Below, piece by piece: positions 25,487 through 38,660 of a stretch of 64,000 nucleotides of DNA (position 1 is its first letter; the number at the start of each line of letters is the position of its first letter). This DNA is from the human T2T-CHM13v2.0 reference genome, Homo sapiens. Both the position numbers and the translations under genes were made by a program. The notes beneath the pieces were generated by a model that worked only from the letters and a program-made list of their open reading frames with translations, did no database searches and was not told where the DNA came from. Location: assembly GCF_009914755.1 (NCBI RefSeq), contig NC_060942.1; one strand, given 5' to 3'.

Positions 25487-27539
25487 GTCTCTGGCATCAT
25501 GTCAGAGCTTTCCTCAAGTGTCTGGCATGTGACAGAGACCATTATCTTATGTGTAAGAGCAGGGCACTGAAAGCTGATATGGAAGCCCCATATGGGTGGG
25601 GCTGGATAGGAGCGGGTTTCACTGTGAGGAGTTTCACCTGGCCATTGTATTACCATGTTGGCATCTATAGGTCTTTTCTCTTGGGCTGATTAAAAAATAA
25701 ATAAATAAAAATAAAAATAAAAAATTTCCATCTGCATGCCTGAGCACCAGCATTCTGGGTGCTAACTATAGGAAGAGGACTGAGGCTGAGGTTATTCTAT
25801 TCATAAACCATTATTCATTTCCTCATTCCCGTCTTTGCACCCTCATCTGTGCCCATTGTCCTCCAGTGCAGAGATTCCAGTTTTACCTTCTTCAAAGAAC
25901 AAATGCCATTTTCTGATTGGAGATGGTGAGGGGCAGCTACCTGGCTCTTCAGAGTCGAGGAGGGATTTTGAGGTCCAATTCCTACTTAACAGATTTAAGC
26001 CCATCTTTCTGTTTCAGCCCCACCTTTACCCCACTTCCAGAGTTACTTTGTGCCACCAATTCCTATGCCCTTTGGGACTTCTAGGGTGCAGACAAAATTG
26101 TATAATAGCTTTTCTTCCCTTTATCTGTCTATAGAAGGATTTCTGTTTCCTTAGGTCTGTCTTCTGAGTTAGATACCAGTAAACCTTTCTTTCCAGCTTC
26201 TTAATGATTTTTGATCTTATCTCTTTTCCCATTTTTATTGTCTTGTGTGTTTCTGCCATTAGAAAGGTTCCTTACTGTCTTACTGCACATCTAGTGGAGT
26301 TTCAGTAGGGGTCACAGGTAAGCACTTTATTCAATTCACCCTGTGTTGCCAGACACCCCTCCTTCTCCTGTGCCTAGAACAGCCCAAGTTGGATTCTGGT
26401 GGCAGTAACAAGAATCCTGCCTGGTAGAAGAGGACAAATGGAGATGAGGGAGCAGGGATGGGAGCTAAAGCCACCACTGCCTGCCCACCATACACTTCAG
26501 CCAAGCTTTAGCCAAACCAGCTCTTGATGCCTACAGAGGTCAGGCTTTCTTTCCTCTGCACCTTTGTTTATACTTTCCTCTTTGTCTGGATAATCCCTTC
26601 TCCCCCTGACTGCCTAGAAAACCGTCACCTTTCAAGAGTCAGTTCAAGGCTTACTGACCCCATTCTAATCCTTTTCCGAAGAATTGGCTCCTCTATCCCC
26701 CACTCTTCCTCCTCCCGCATAGTAGATTTTATTGTACTTGTCTGTTTACAAGTCTGTCCTCCTCTTGATTCTGCACCCTTTCAGGTAGAGACTGTGTTTT
26801 GTCTTTGTACCTCCATGCTTGACATATAGCAGATTTTTAATAATTTTCTGTTGTTCATATCCTAGATAGGTTCTGGTATGATTTCAGGATTTCATATTGG
26901 GAATATCACATGTGTGGCATGTTTCTATGCAATGCTACAGTTCCTGGGCACATATGGAATTCTATTTCCTTTTCAGCTCAAATTTTCCTTTGAAAGATGT
27001 TAAACTGCCTCAATTTCCCCAAATTGACCTCTCGCCAGAAGGTTAAGAGGAGAATGGCCAAAGAAGCACATCGTCTGCTGCTGATTTCTCTGTGGCTATG
27101 CAGATACACATTGACTGATCTGACTCAACTGGAAGAGCTTTGCGCTGTTCGGAGCATATGATAGCACACATTTCGCAACACATTTGGAAGAGAAAATAGT
27201 GGTCATTTCATTTCTAGGGTTTCTGATTACTGATAAATTTTATTGGGCCAATTTCATTTCTTTTTGGGGGTCCTGGATCTTTCAAGGTCAGAGCCGCCAT
27301 ACTTCTCATAGACACATCCTGGATGAATGCTGTGGTACTGCAGAGAAGATGCTTGTGCACACAGGTTACCTCCATATATCAAAAACTTATGACAATGATG
27401 ATGAGTTCACTAGCCAGTTCCAGCAGTGACCAATTCAGAGTGCCATCATATGTCATTTATTCACCCAAAATGTACCAAGCCCCCTGATAGTCATGATGCA
27501 AGCTGTTAAACACTGAGAAGATAAAATCATTAAAATTCC

Positions 27540-27735
27540 CAATAATTAGTAAGTGCTCACTATGTACCAAGCACTGCACTAAATGCTTTATGTGATGCTA
27601 ACCATTCGGGGGCAGGAAATAGAGGAGGAAATAGAGATTTCCAGCAGTTAAGTAACTCAGCCCAAGTTATACAGGTGGGGAGAAGTCTACATTTCTGAAT
27701 TTGAGGGCTTGGCCACCTGCTTAACCCTCTGCTGC
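27540..27735 (-). mobile_element. MIR
   Basis: agtgctcactatgtaccaagcactgcactaaatgcttta...gttaagtaactcagcccaagttatacag. Confidence 0.75.
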
Positions 27736-29609
27736 CTGCGCCGGGAGTGGGACATTGTCCTCACCCACTGGAAACTCTTTCTCAGCTTTTCCTGAGTCAC
27801 AGTTATACCCTGGCTATCTCCTCCTCCCAGTAAGATTAGATTGAGAGAAGAAAATGATTCTCTTGAGACCAGAGAATTAAAAACAAGAGCTCAAGAGAAG
27901 CTCAGTCATTAAAGTATTAAGTTTCACATTGATCCATGTCTATTCTAATACAGCTATTCAGGACTCTTGGTAAACCCTGGTCTCAGCACCGCCCTCCTCT
28001 TGTTCGGAGGTCTCACCATACCCAGTGGAAATGTCATCCAGTTTGCCACCAGTTTTCATTTGAAAAATAGTCTGAGAGAGATTTTTAAAATCCCTGACAC
28101 TGAGAGATTTGTTGTATTTTCACTTTCAAGGCTAGCAACAGGGGATTCTCGGGATTATTTTTTTCACTTTCACAAATGGAAATGTATGCCTTGAGAATTG
28201 ATTTGTCACTGTCTGGTTTTAAATTTCTGACTGGAAAATAATGATAATCATGTTACTCTCTCGATTTCAGCCACATCAGGAAGCAGTAAGTGGCAGGGCC
28301 ATCTCAAGGAAGAGCCACCAGTCTCCAGGGAGTTTAGGTCTTAGATGTGAAGCCTCAAGTAATTTGCAGAGATTGTCTTGCCTGTATAACACACCCTGTT
28401 GTTGCTTTTATACAGCCAAACTGACAGGGGTTTGTGAATCAGAATGATGGCTTTGCATTTTAGCTTAGGGAAGGTAAGGAATAAACAATTTTAATGGTTT
28501 GGGATAAAATACAATATGGGTACTTTAAAAAATGGAGTTTCAAGCTTTTCTGTTATAAAATTGTGCAGGTGTGCAAAGTATTTTTACTTCTCTTACAAAA
28601 GGAAGGACTATATTACTCTGCAGTTTAAATGCACTGGTAAAGAAAGGAAACATAAATGGAAATAAAGGTGTAAAATGGCACCCAAGCTACTCTTAGCATA
28701 GTTCTTAAACAATTAACCACTTCCATAAGCATCTAACTGAACAAAATAAGAATAACAATGATAAAAAATGACATTTTCTGTGGAAGTCAAATGATATCAG
28801 TATGCTAGAAACCATTTAAAACATAAAGGTCTTCATCTTGGAAGTCTAGAAGCAATTCTTGAGTTCATTTTAGGTATAAGAAAGATTAGGCTTTTGCAAA
28901 ACTCTCTAACCTAGATTCAGGGATTCATGACACCCAATCCAGAATATACATTTGCTCCTACTCACACCTAGAGGGAGAATCATGGAACAAGTATCAGGAA
29001 AGAAATGTTGGTGTCATGTGGTCAAATATCAGTATTTAGACCTGTGTTTGTTTGTTTTTTAAGTCTCATTTGCTTTACACTCTCCGAAAGTGGATTTAAA
29101 ATGGCTAACATTTTTATTTGGCTTTGTATTTTTAAAGATTTAACCAATGAGTAAAATGCAGTTCAGAGCATTCCAAAGCTACACAGCTGGTTACTAGCTG
29201 AGCCAGGACTACTCTCCCCCTTCCCAGCCTATATGGATTTTTGCAAATTAAGGCAACTCTTTTATTTCAAATGCTGTTTTCTTCAAAGATTGTTGCCATC
29301 CTTCCCATTGTTTTGAACAACATCACCACCTAAACTTTTCTGGAAGCCTTAAAACTGCAGCATGTTTAAACATGCAAACATTTTGTCATTTAACTTTTTA
29401 AAAAATCACTGGTAAATTACCAGGTATCCTTTCTGCTTGGCTTTGTCCCACATGTGGAGAGAAGCCACTCCCTCCTGTTTTCTCCGGTAAGATCTAGGCA
29501 GCCTGGGATGTGCCCAGCAAGTCTGACTGCTCTCTGCAAGTGGAAAGAGAAAGCTCCGCATTGATTGGGCAGTAACTGGCAGCCCCTTGCCGGCTCCTTA
29601 TCCATCTGC

Positions 29610-29785
29610 AATTCTCACAGCAATCCCACAGATAGATAATATTTTTAATGGCCAAGGAAATTGAGGTTCAGAGAGAGATTAAGTTACCTGCTCAACCATG
29701 TAGCTAAGAAATGTCAGATCTTGAATATGAACACAGGTCGGCCAGCCAGACACCAAAGTAGGTATACTTTGCACTGCACACTGCC
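29610..29785 (-). mobile_element. MIR
   Basis: attctcacagcaatccc...aggaaattgaggttcagagagagattaagttacctgctcaa. Confidence 0.75.
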
Positions 29786-30096
29786 CCTCCTTCAGAATAT
29801 AGGTTATATGTTAAAGCGAGGCATAGATCTTTCAGTAGATTACAGTCCAAGAGGGACAAATGATGACAATAATAATGTATTATATCTGTATAAATTTTCT
29901 ATCTCTGTGCAAGAGAGTGAGCCCAGCATAGTGTCTTAGCATACTGTAGGGGCTCAGTAAACCTTCAGTAATTACAAAAAGGAAGGAAGGAAGAAATGCA
30001 ATATGAAGGTGAACAGGGCATTGTTCATATCCTGGCAAGTCTTACAGTCTTGCCAGGGAGACAGACGTGCCTCTAATTAACTCTACTCAAATTACA

Positions 30097-30300
30097 GCAA
30101 TAGTTCTCAACCTTTGTTTTACGTCAGAGTCCCCGAAGAGGGAGGAAGAGGGCAGTGGCAAAAGCTTTCTAAAAATGCCAATGCCAAATGCCCATCCCAG
30201 GCCAGTTAAAGGAGAATCTCTGGGTGGGACTAGGTGGGTATTTTCAAAAGCACACCCTCCCCAGTGGTGCTAATGTTCTCCCAAGCCTGGAAACCACCAA
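30097..30300. mobile_element. MER5-family hAT-Charlie relic
   Basis: atagttctcaacctt...cccatcccaggccagttaaaggagaatctctgggtggga...ctaatgttctcccaagcctggaaaccac. Confidence 0.7.
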
Positions 30301-30824
30301 TGTGTACAGCATTGAGTCTGTTAAGAGGGACAGAGAGTGGAGGTATCAGTGCAGCTGTGAGCACAGTGGGTCTTTCTTCAGGGATGTAGTGTATAGCAGG
30401 CTCTGTAAAGATGAGTCCAGTTCAACATGGTGACCATGACAAGAGATGGACTTTCATAGAGAAACCACAGAGGAGCTGGGGGTCACCTAGAGTCACTGGC
30501 TGGAAACAGGACCTGAGATCCGAAGGCCAGGCTTGGGACCTCCAGAAGCCACTGTGATCCTGGGATGGCGGGCGTAGCAGGAACAGAATGCAGAGTCAGT
30601 CTGACTCTGCAGCTTGAAATGTCGATGATAGCTCCTGTAGGCAGCTAGGACTGGTCACTGGGAGTCTAACATAGACTGAGCACCTTTTTACGTGGAGGTG
30701 AAAAGAAAGCTGTACTCTGTTGGGGAGGTCTGGCTCCAGCCTTCTGGAATTCAAAGAGTGTCTCTGTAAAATAACGGGGTTGTCCCAGAAGAGCAGTTTT
30801 TAAATTATGCTCTTGGAGTAATGG

Positions 30825-31200
30825 GCAGTGATTCTGAAATTTTATGAATATGAGACTCAGTGGAGGATCTTGGTAAAATGAGGATTCCCAGGCTCCCACC
30901 TGAGAGTTTCATTCGGTGGGTTGCAGGCAGGGGCATGGGATGCAGAAGCTATGTCTGCTAACAAGCATGTGGGAGGGAGAGCCTGACACCAGCCTACTTT
31001 GAGAAGCCCCGTTTAGGGTGTCACGGGTGTCTTAGGGACTCTGTGTGGGTGTGGGAAGGGGCAACAGACAGGGCATGGGCCCTGACCCCCATTTCAAACA
31101 CAGAAGCATTGTCTTTGGTTTATATATTGGACTCTACAGGACCTGCTTTGCAGAAAGGATCTCATTGAGAATAGCAAAAGGAAGTTGGGAACCATTACAG
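30825..31200. mobile_element. MER5-like relic followed by a MER117-like hAT relic
   Basis: cagtgattctgaaatttt...ggatcttggtaaaatgaggattcccaggctcccacc...actttgagaagc; then ggtttatatattggactc...aagttgggaaccatt. Confidence 0.55.
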
Positions 31201-32881
31201 TAAGTGATCTCAATATCCCTTCCAAATTCCAACAGCCTATGAGCCTCTGTGCAGGAGATTACCAAGGAACAGGGAGCAGAGGGAGAGTGCAGAGAAGGAA
31301 AGATTAAATTGGAGACAATGCTTTTATTTAACGAGCGGGCAGAGGGGAACATTGTCAAGGGAAAACACATAAAAATTTTGAAACTTCAGTTTTCAAATAC
31401 TTTTGGAACCCATATATCATAGAGATAAACCAGAGAAACAGCAAACATCTGGCAAGGCAGCATTTTGCCTTATGTAAAGGAAGCCGGTGGGTAGCTGGTG
31501 GGAAATGAGAAATTGTCCCCCAGGATGGGGAAATAGCTCAGAGCAGCCATAACTGGAGAGGTTCTTCTCAAACTTACATCCGGCAAAGACTATAAAACCC
31601 TCCCTACTGAGTCACAGAGGTATTCCCAGGATGCATTTTGAAGGAGGCATTTGCAGAGAACATCCACAGAGTATTTTGCATTGGGAGAGAATTGAACCGC
31701 AGTTTCAGTTGCTCTGGGTTCCAGCATACACTTGTGAAATAGCAAACAGAGGAAGAAATTGAGAGGACAATAGAAATAGTATTAACATGTAGATTTTGAA
31801 TCATTTCAGAAAAGTCAGCTGATCATTCTTTTCATAATGTATCATGATGATACAGAGAAAGGGCCAGGCTGACCTGCACCCACGCGACCTGTGCATGCTC
31901 ACAGTTCCACCAGCCTGCATGTCTCTGCGTAATGTAATTGTCTTTCTCCCTAGATAGACTGTAAGCTCCCTTCAAGAAAACTGGGCTGCCTTCACTGTGG
32001 TATCCCAGTACTTAGCAAAGTGCCTACCAGATAATGGGCATATAATAAATAGTGCTTGATTTTAATTGGCCTGGACCTAACAGAATGCAGAAAAGAACTC
32101 ACTATACATGACTTACTAGAAAAAGGATTTCAATGGAACCCACACTAGGATATTCTCTGATCACCCATGGCTAAGACTGTTCATACCAGAACCACATTGG
32201 TACTTAAAATGCTATATTTACACATTATTTCTATCTTTACTTACAATTCTGATTAAGTAATGCATGATTCAGTAAGACCCATTTCTTCACTCTTCACTGG
32301 GAGTTCAAGTTCAAGTGCAAGTTCTTTATTATCTATTTTAAGGCCTTTATTATCTATTTTAAGTCCCAAGTTCAGGGATCCCTTCAGTTCTTGTATGTAA
32401 GGATTCCTGAACCGGGTTGATTCAACTAAAATTTGGGATTTCTCTCCAGGTGCCCAGCTGTATTGGTAGAGGAGACCAACCACACCCTCCACAGCACAGC
32501 ACCTGGAGAGGAACTGCTGCCATGACCATAGAGGACACCCTCTGGATACAATGCCAGACTTGATGTGGGACTGACCAACCTATGGACCCCAGGCACCACC
32601 ACCCAGACCTGCTCAGCACCTGAAAGTAAGTCCTACCCTTCTGAAGGAAACTCTAGGGTGGCAGCATGAACTTCTCTGCCTCAGAGGACAATAGGGAAAG
32701 TGATGTCCTCCAGGAAGCACAGAGAAGTACTGGGATGAGAGAACAGAGACGATCTACAAGGATGAGATCAGGTATGGTCAGCATCCCTCACCTCCCAAAT
32801 CCTCTTCCAAGTCATTCCTCTTGCACCCTTGTGTGAAAACCCTTCCTCCTTTGAGAGGCTATCAATCTGGCTCTATCACAG

Positions 32882-33390
32882 TGTCAGTCAAAATTCCCTT
32901 GGATGTAAACAACAGAAACTGGCTGGCTGATGTAGCCTGAAAATGAATGTATTCAAAAAATGCTGGAGAGCCACAGAATCATGGGGATGGTGCAATGGGA
33001 TGGGGTGAGAGGCATGACTGAAGAACCAGGTTCCCAGGCTATGAAACCAGGAACAATGCCCCAAACCAATCTGCAGATGTTGTCTGCTGAAAACCCACAG
33101 CCCACTTGGCACCAGACACTCCTGGAGGCTGCTGTCTATGCCAGTGCCTCTGCAGGTGGTAATTGTGCATGCAGATTTGGCAGCGGTCCCTTTCCAGAGT
33201 GGCTCCTGCACAATGGGTACAAAGTTGAGCTTCCTGCTGCAAGTTAAGGGAGGCATGTCTGATTGGCAGAGCCTATTCACATATCTGTATGCACCTGCCA
33301 GGGAGTCTGAGAATACGATCCCAATTTCATAATGAAAGGAAGTCTCCACCTCCTAAGATGGAGGATTTGCCAGACAGATTCTGTCCTACC
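32882..33390 (-). mobile_element. Old MaLR LTR (MLT1M/N/O-like)
   Basis: tgtcagtca...aaacaacagaaactggctggctga...ccacagaatc; gcatgtctgattggcagagcctattcacat...ctgccagggagtctgagaa. Confidence 0.55.
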
Positions 33391-33479
33391 AGTCAGTTGC
33401 TACAATCACCCGCTACCTTTCCTTGTTACTTCTGTCTCCCAGTCTCCAGGTTACTCCTTCTCCTGTTTGTTAGGCGCTC

Positions 33480-34490
33480 CCCCACAGACTTTTCCTGTAC
33501 CTTGTTCTGCTAGCATCACCAAGGATTTCTGTATCCTCATAAATGGTCCATCAGACATCTTCACCTCACAGTTCCTTGAGCGCCTCAAATCTAGAGACTT
33601 CTACCTCTATGTTACTCTTGTCACATATGCCCAGACTTCCACCGAGGAACCTACCATTGCCAAGAACTGCTCTAATTTAGAACTCTTCACCTCTAATTTC
33701 CCATTCTCACGGCCTCCTCACCACAACACCTGCTCTTCTGGAGACAGGTTGCTAGTGCTGCTGCTCTCCTGTTGGTCTCCATGAGGCCTCTCTTTCCTTC
33801 TAACACAACGTGGAGCTGAGCATGGCTTATGAGCATGCATAACTCCTTGCTTCATCTCTGTCCCAATCCTTTCTGGAGGACGTCTTCTTTTGCATCTGTC
33901 CAACAAACCTATAATAAGGCATCCATTCCATAAATTATCTACTACCAGGCTGCTAGCCCTACTGGAGAAGGTTTATCAACCTGCTGGTTGGCATCACTAA
34001 AGGTTCTTGATCTCCTGCCTTGGCTGGACCTTGAGTGCACAGAAACAATTTCCTTCTGTTTTGTCAGCTACCATTTTAATATTTTTCCACTTTCCTCAAG
34101 CATCCCTCACCCCCTTCAGTGTTCTCACCCTTAGCAAACTGCATGACTCCTATATTATCAGGAAAATGAAAGCAATAGGGCATGAAGAATTTCAACTACA
34201 CATCTATTGTTATTGCGACCCAAACTTCATTCCTTTCTTTCATTTTCAGACAAAAGGCTGTCTTCTTTTCAGTTCAAGGTCAACCTCCCTTCCCAAACTT
34301 TGTTCTCCACTGCCTTCTCCAATAGTTTACTTCATCTGCTTTGTATTTTCAGCTTTTCTATCTCCTCTTCACTCTTAATGTAGACATATCTTCAAGTCAT
34401 CTTCTCCAGGTGACACGAGCCTTAAGAGCATCTTTGTACCCATCAGGAATGAGTACACAGTGAGTGATATACATTTGTTGAGTTGGATCT
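33480..34490 (+). mobile_element. L2 relic including decayed ORF2 endonuclease region
   Basis: Translation KDFCILINGPSDIFTSQFLERLKSRDFYLYVTLVTYAQTSTEEPTIAKNCS resembles the L2/CR1 endonuclease pattern GDFNIH..SQFL.LL..TH..GHTLDLVIT; L2-like 3' end near 34440-34490. Confidence 0.65.
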
Positions 34491-35046
34491 TTTATATTTC
34501 TACACATATTATCAACATACCTGAAATTTATATTCTAAAACTTATATCATTATCTCTATTCTAAAAATGTGTATCTTAAAACTCATCTTTGCTTAAGGAC
34601 CCATTAACAGGGAAAGGCTTTTAACAAATTTATTAATTAGGGTCAATCTATTGTTATTTATTTAGCTTATTAGCTTAGTTGAAGTCTATCATTATTACTT
34701 TTAAGTAAAAGAGAATGAGCTTGAATTTCATATGTATATATCAACTGCATGTTAAATAATAATTGTTACTATTAAATTCTACCCATGGCTTTTATTCCTA
34801 GAACAGTCCCATGCGAACTAAGCTTTTTTTCATAAAGTTGTCATGATGTAAAAATTGCTAAGGGTAACTCCTGGTAAGAATCCCTTTCCACATGCATCAT
34901 CAATGCACATGATGGTGGGTGTGTTAAGGAGAAGGAGAGAATGAAAGGCAGAGCTTACAGTGTCTACTTGGACAGTACAAAAGTTTGTCAGAATTTCTTT
35001 TTTTAAAAAAGCTACTTCAAAGAGGTGAGTTTTGAATTGCAATTCA

Positions 35047-35377
<331 letters not shown>

Positions 35378-36544
35378 TCAAATAAGGGTGACACTCAGAG
35401 CCACAAGACCAAACCCCAGGTAAGAAGAGAAGGTGAGCATTAGAGTCTAAGAATAGTTAGTATATGCCATGCTCTCTAGGAAGGCCCCAGAACCCTTTAC
35501 AAGATACGCTGGGGATGAAGAGAGATGAAGTTACAACAAACTATATCTGTTTCAAGGTCCTTTCTTACAGCTCTCTATATATGACCTTCAAGAAAAAGAA
35601 AGCCTGCTTTCTTTGATGCAGGGATTGTGTTGTGAAAACTCTAGTGCTATGGCTGCCGGTTTTTTCCCCTTTCATCCACAATAGTAATTTCTCCTCCAGC
35701 TGATGAGCTCAAAGTGTTGTGGTTCCAAGAAGAAATGCTACTTGCAAACAAAAAAATCAGAGGAGTGTTTTTAAATCCAAATCCTTTTATCTTCTGGTTT
35801 GCATGTGAGGAAAGCCTATTTTTTAATATATGCAATGTCACGAGTGGCTCATTATTCCCACGCTTGAATAGAAGGAGAAGGCTGAAGTTTGGGTAAGATA
35901 TAAAAACAGATTATCTTTCATCAGCACCCAATAGTGGGAGACCATTTTTAAGTAGGTAATAAACAGACTTCTTTGCTAAGGATGTGCTCTTGACAAGAAG
36001 TGTTTCTTAAACTGAAGGTCGAAGTCATTGCCGTGGGCCTCCAGTTGGGATGCAAATCTGCAGGTCTTCCACAGGTTTCTGAAATCTTACGTCTGGATTT
36101 CTGGGGTTATCTTCCATGTCTCCAAATGCTAACACATATGCGGGAAATGCAGGCTTGTAATGGTGGATGTCCCTACAATGGACTTTTTTTTGTGCTCTTG
36201 AGATTTCTGATCATGTTTTTATGTGATTCTTCAGTCCTTGCACCTACATTCCATACTTTGGAAAGCTGAATGACTGTTCTTGGTCTCAGCTGGTTCTTCT
36301 CAATTTCAGTAATGATCTCAGGACATTCATTTACATAAAAAAATCTGATTAACAGTGTGATGCTCATAGGCAGACCCAATTTTCCTACCTTTTAATAAAT
36401 TCATTAGCGGATAAAAGTGGGACTCAAAGAATAGTACAGAGAGATGTTTACCCTCAGTGGAACAAGTATGCTCTTCTTCATAACTGACTGTAAATAAAAC
36501 TAATATCTTATTAAGAGGTTCACTTGGCTTAAAATATACCTCCT

Positions 36545-36688
36545 AGGCTGGGCCTGGTGGCTTCTGCCTGAAATCAGCACTTTGGGACACTGAGATAGGA
36601 AAATCACTTGAGGGAAGAAGTTTGAGACCAGCCTGGGCCACATAGCAAGACCCCATCTCTACAAAAAAAATATAGAATAAAAGTTCAA
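36545..36688 (+). mobile_element. FLAM (free left Alu monomer)
   Basis: Single left arm plus A tail; TSD aaaatatacctc / aaaatagacctc. Confidence 0.88.
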
Positions 36689-37189
36689 AAAATAGACCTC
36701 ATTGCTTAGGAATTGAATGCATTGAATTCTAGCAGAGCTCTGATTGGACACATTCCCATGTTCTGACCCAACCAATCAACGGTAGGATGTACTTTCCCTG
36801 TAATGGCTGAGACCTAGCAGTTCAGGATGGAAAGAAGTTGGGATGGACAAGTGGAAAACATTAAGAGAGTCTAGAAGCAAGTTATGGGCAGTGGCAGGGG
36901 GCTGGGGCTTCAGTGCCTAAGAGAACAGGTAGGGAGAAGAGGTAAGGAGACAGGTAGGAAAAAACCTCCACATGTTTCAGAAAATATGATGAATACTATT
37001 GCTGGATAAACAAAAGCTTAGTCATATTGAAGAAAAGGGGAAAAAATAAACACCTGGTTTTAGGAACTACAGAAGAAGGTCAAGGGCATAGTGGGCAGCA
37101 CGTCCTCCACCACCGCACCCAGCACAGAAGACACACACTTGTCCAATCAGTGATCAAGCTGAGGGCACCTCCCACATCACATACCTTTA

Positions 37190-38050
37190 ATCTGCCCATT
37201 TCTAACCCACCCTATGGCCACAGCCCCAGTTCAAGCCACCCACACCCTTCACCTATATTACTAGAACACAGCCTCCTGATTCTCCCTCTAATTCGAGCCC
37301 CCCTCCAATCTATTCTCCTCGAGGCAGCCTGAGTGAGCTTTGAAAAGAGCAAACCTTACCAGTCAGTGTCCTGCTTCAGACCTTTCAATACCTCCCCATT
37401 GCCCTGAGCTACAAATGCAGCTCCTTGACCATACCTCTGGGTCCTGGGAACCCCTCTCTGCTCTCCCTTGGTATCTTCTTAAGTCAGAGGAAACTCTCAC
37501 AAGCTAGCAAGCTTTGTGCTTTCATTTTTGCTCATAGGACTTTGCACACAGATATCATGACTTGGAGTGGACCGTCTTTTCCACTCACGACATTGGCATG
37601 AGGAAAGCTGGTGGAGACCAGCTTTCAACATAGCCTTCCTTTCCCCCCAGGGAGCCTTATCCGATTTCTCCGTTCTGCAGTGGATTCTCCGGTTGTGTCA
37701 CCTTAGATCATCCTACAAACTCCCAGCCTTAGGACTATCATATCCTATTGTCATCCTCTGTTAACAGTTTCTTCCATCCAGCCTTATGGCCTTGCCACTC
37801 AAAGTGTGGTCCAGGGGCCAGCAGCACTGCCATCACCTGTTAGGACTGCAGCACCTCAGGCTCCAGCCCAGAGCTACTGAATCAGAATCTGCTTTTACCA
37901 GAATCCCTGGGTGATTCACACACACATTAAAGTCTGAAGAGCACAGTCCTCACTATAAACTCTATGAAGATAAGAGCTTTTCTTTCTTGTTCACTGTGGT
38001 CTTCCCAGGGCTAGATGATGGCCACACAGTATGTCTTTCTTTCTTGAAGA
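37190..38050 (+). mobile_element. L2 relic interrupted by MER5A
   Basis: cagcctcctga...ctccaatctattctcctcgaggcagcctgagtgagctttgaaaa...ctccccattgccctgag...ggactttgcacac; 3' end tcttgttcactgtggtcttcccagggctaga. Confidence 0.78.
37790..37946. mobile_element. MER5A
   Basis: ctcaaagtgtggtccaggggccagcagca...ctccagccccagagctactgaatcagaatctgc...ggtgattca...cattaaagtctga. Confidence 0.85.
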
Positions 38051-38324
38051 GATCAAGAACATGGGTCCCATGGAGAGGCATGAAGCTCAATTTCCCATGC
38101 ATATGTTTCTCCTTTCATAAATATTCATGACTCCTCCTATAGCTCATTGAATATCCGTAGTTGGCCACCTCATTCAGCATAAATCCCCATCTTAGTCTTT
38201 CCACTGTCAAAGTGCCTGTTTCTGGCTTCTGGCAGGAGGCTGTGCAACCCTGGAGGCTGCAACCTTTTATGAAAAATAAGCTCTCCATTCCAAATTTATA
38301 AACCTCATCATTCTTCAGTTGACA
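38050..38324 (+). mobile_element. ERV1 LTR fragment (MER39-like)
   Basis: ataaatattcatgactcctcctatagc...ctgtttctggcttctggc...ggctgcaacc...ccaaatttataaacctcatcattcttcagttgaca (LTR 3' terminus). Confidence 0.75.
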
Positions 38325-38479
38325 ACACTGAGGCTGCTACCTCCCCTGTGGCTGGGAGCAAGATGAGCCCCAGATGTGTTTCCAAGTGAGTCTGATTGGG
38401 ACAGGAGCCGACGTGGGACTTGGAGGCTGGAGATGGGAGCAGGCATGCAGTGGACTCACTGGCATGGGGCAGGCAGTGG

Positions 38480-38660
38480 GCTGGGTCCTGGGTTCTATCT
38501 GTTCCCTTGAGCTGAGCAACACTGGACAAATTCCTTCACCTCTCTAGGCCTTATTTATTGACCTATAAATTGGGCAGATAAAAATATCTATCTTTCCTTT
38601 CTTATTGGAATCTTAGTAAGATTAACTGATTCCACGCATGCAGAGATGCTTTGTTAAAAG
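38480..38660 (+). mobile_element. MIR
   Basis: gtcctgggttcta...ctggacaaattccttcacctctctaggcct...ctataaattggg. Confidence 0.65.

Larger units (their letters stand above)
23080..26355 (-). mobile_element. HAL1/L1ME-like LINE relic hosting AluJ, MLT1B and AluS
   Basis: ctggagttaataattgcctt, tttctaggcctgatgcacag...atcctgggatc, gagaatagaattcaaggttagga, gaattttgaaaacattgattcattgtc, gggccctttcaatctagaaa; colinear with the 5400-7410 copy. Confidence 0.7.
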
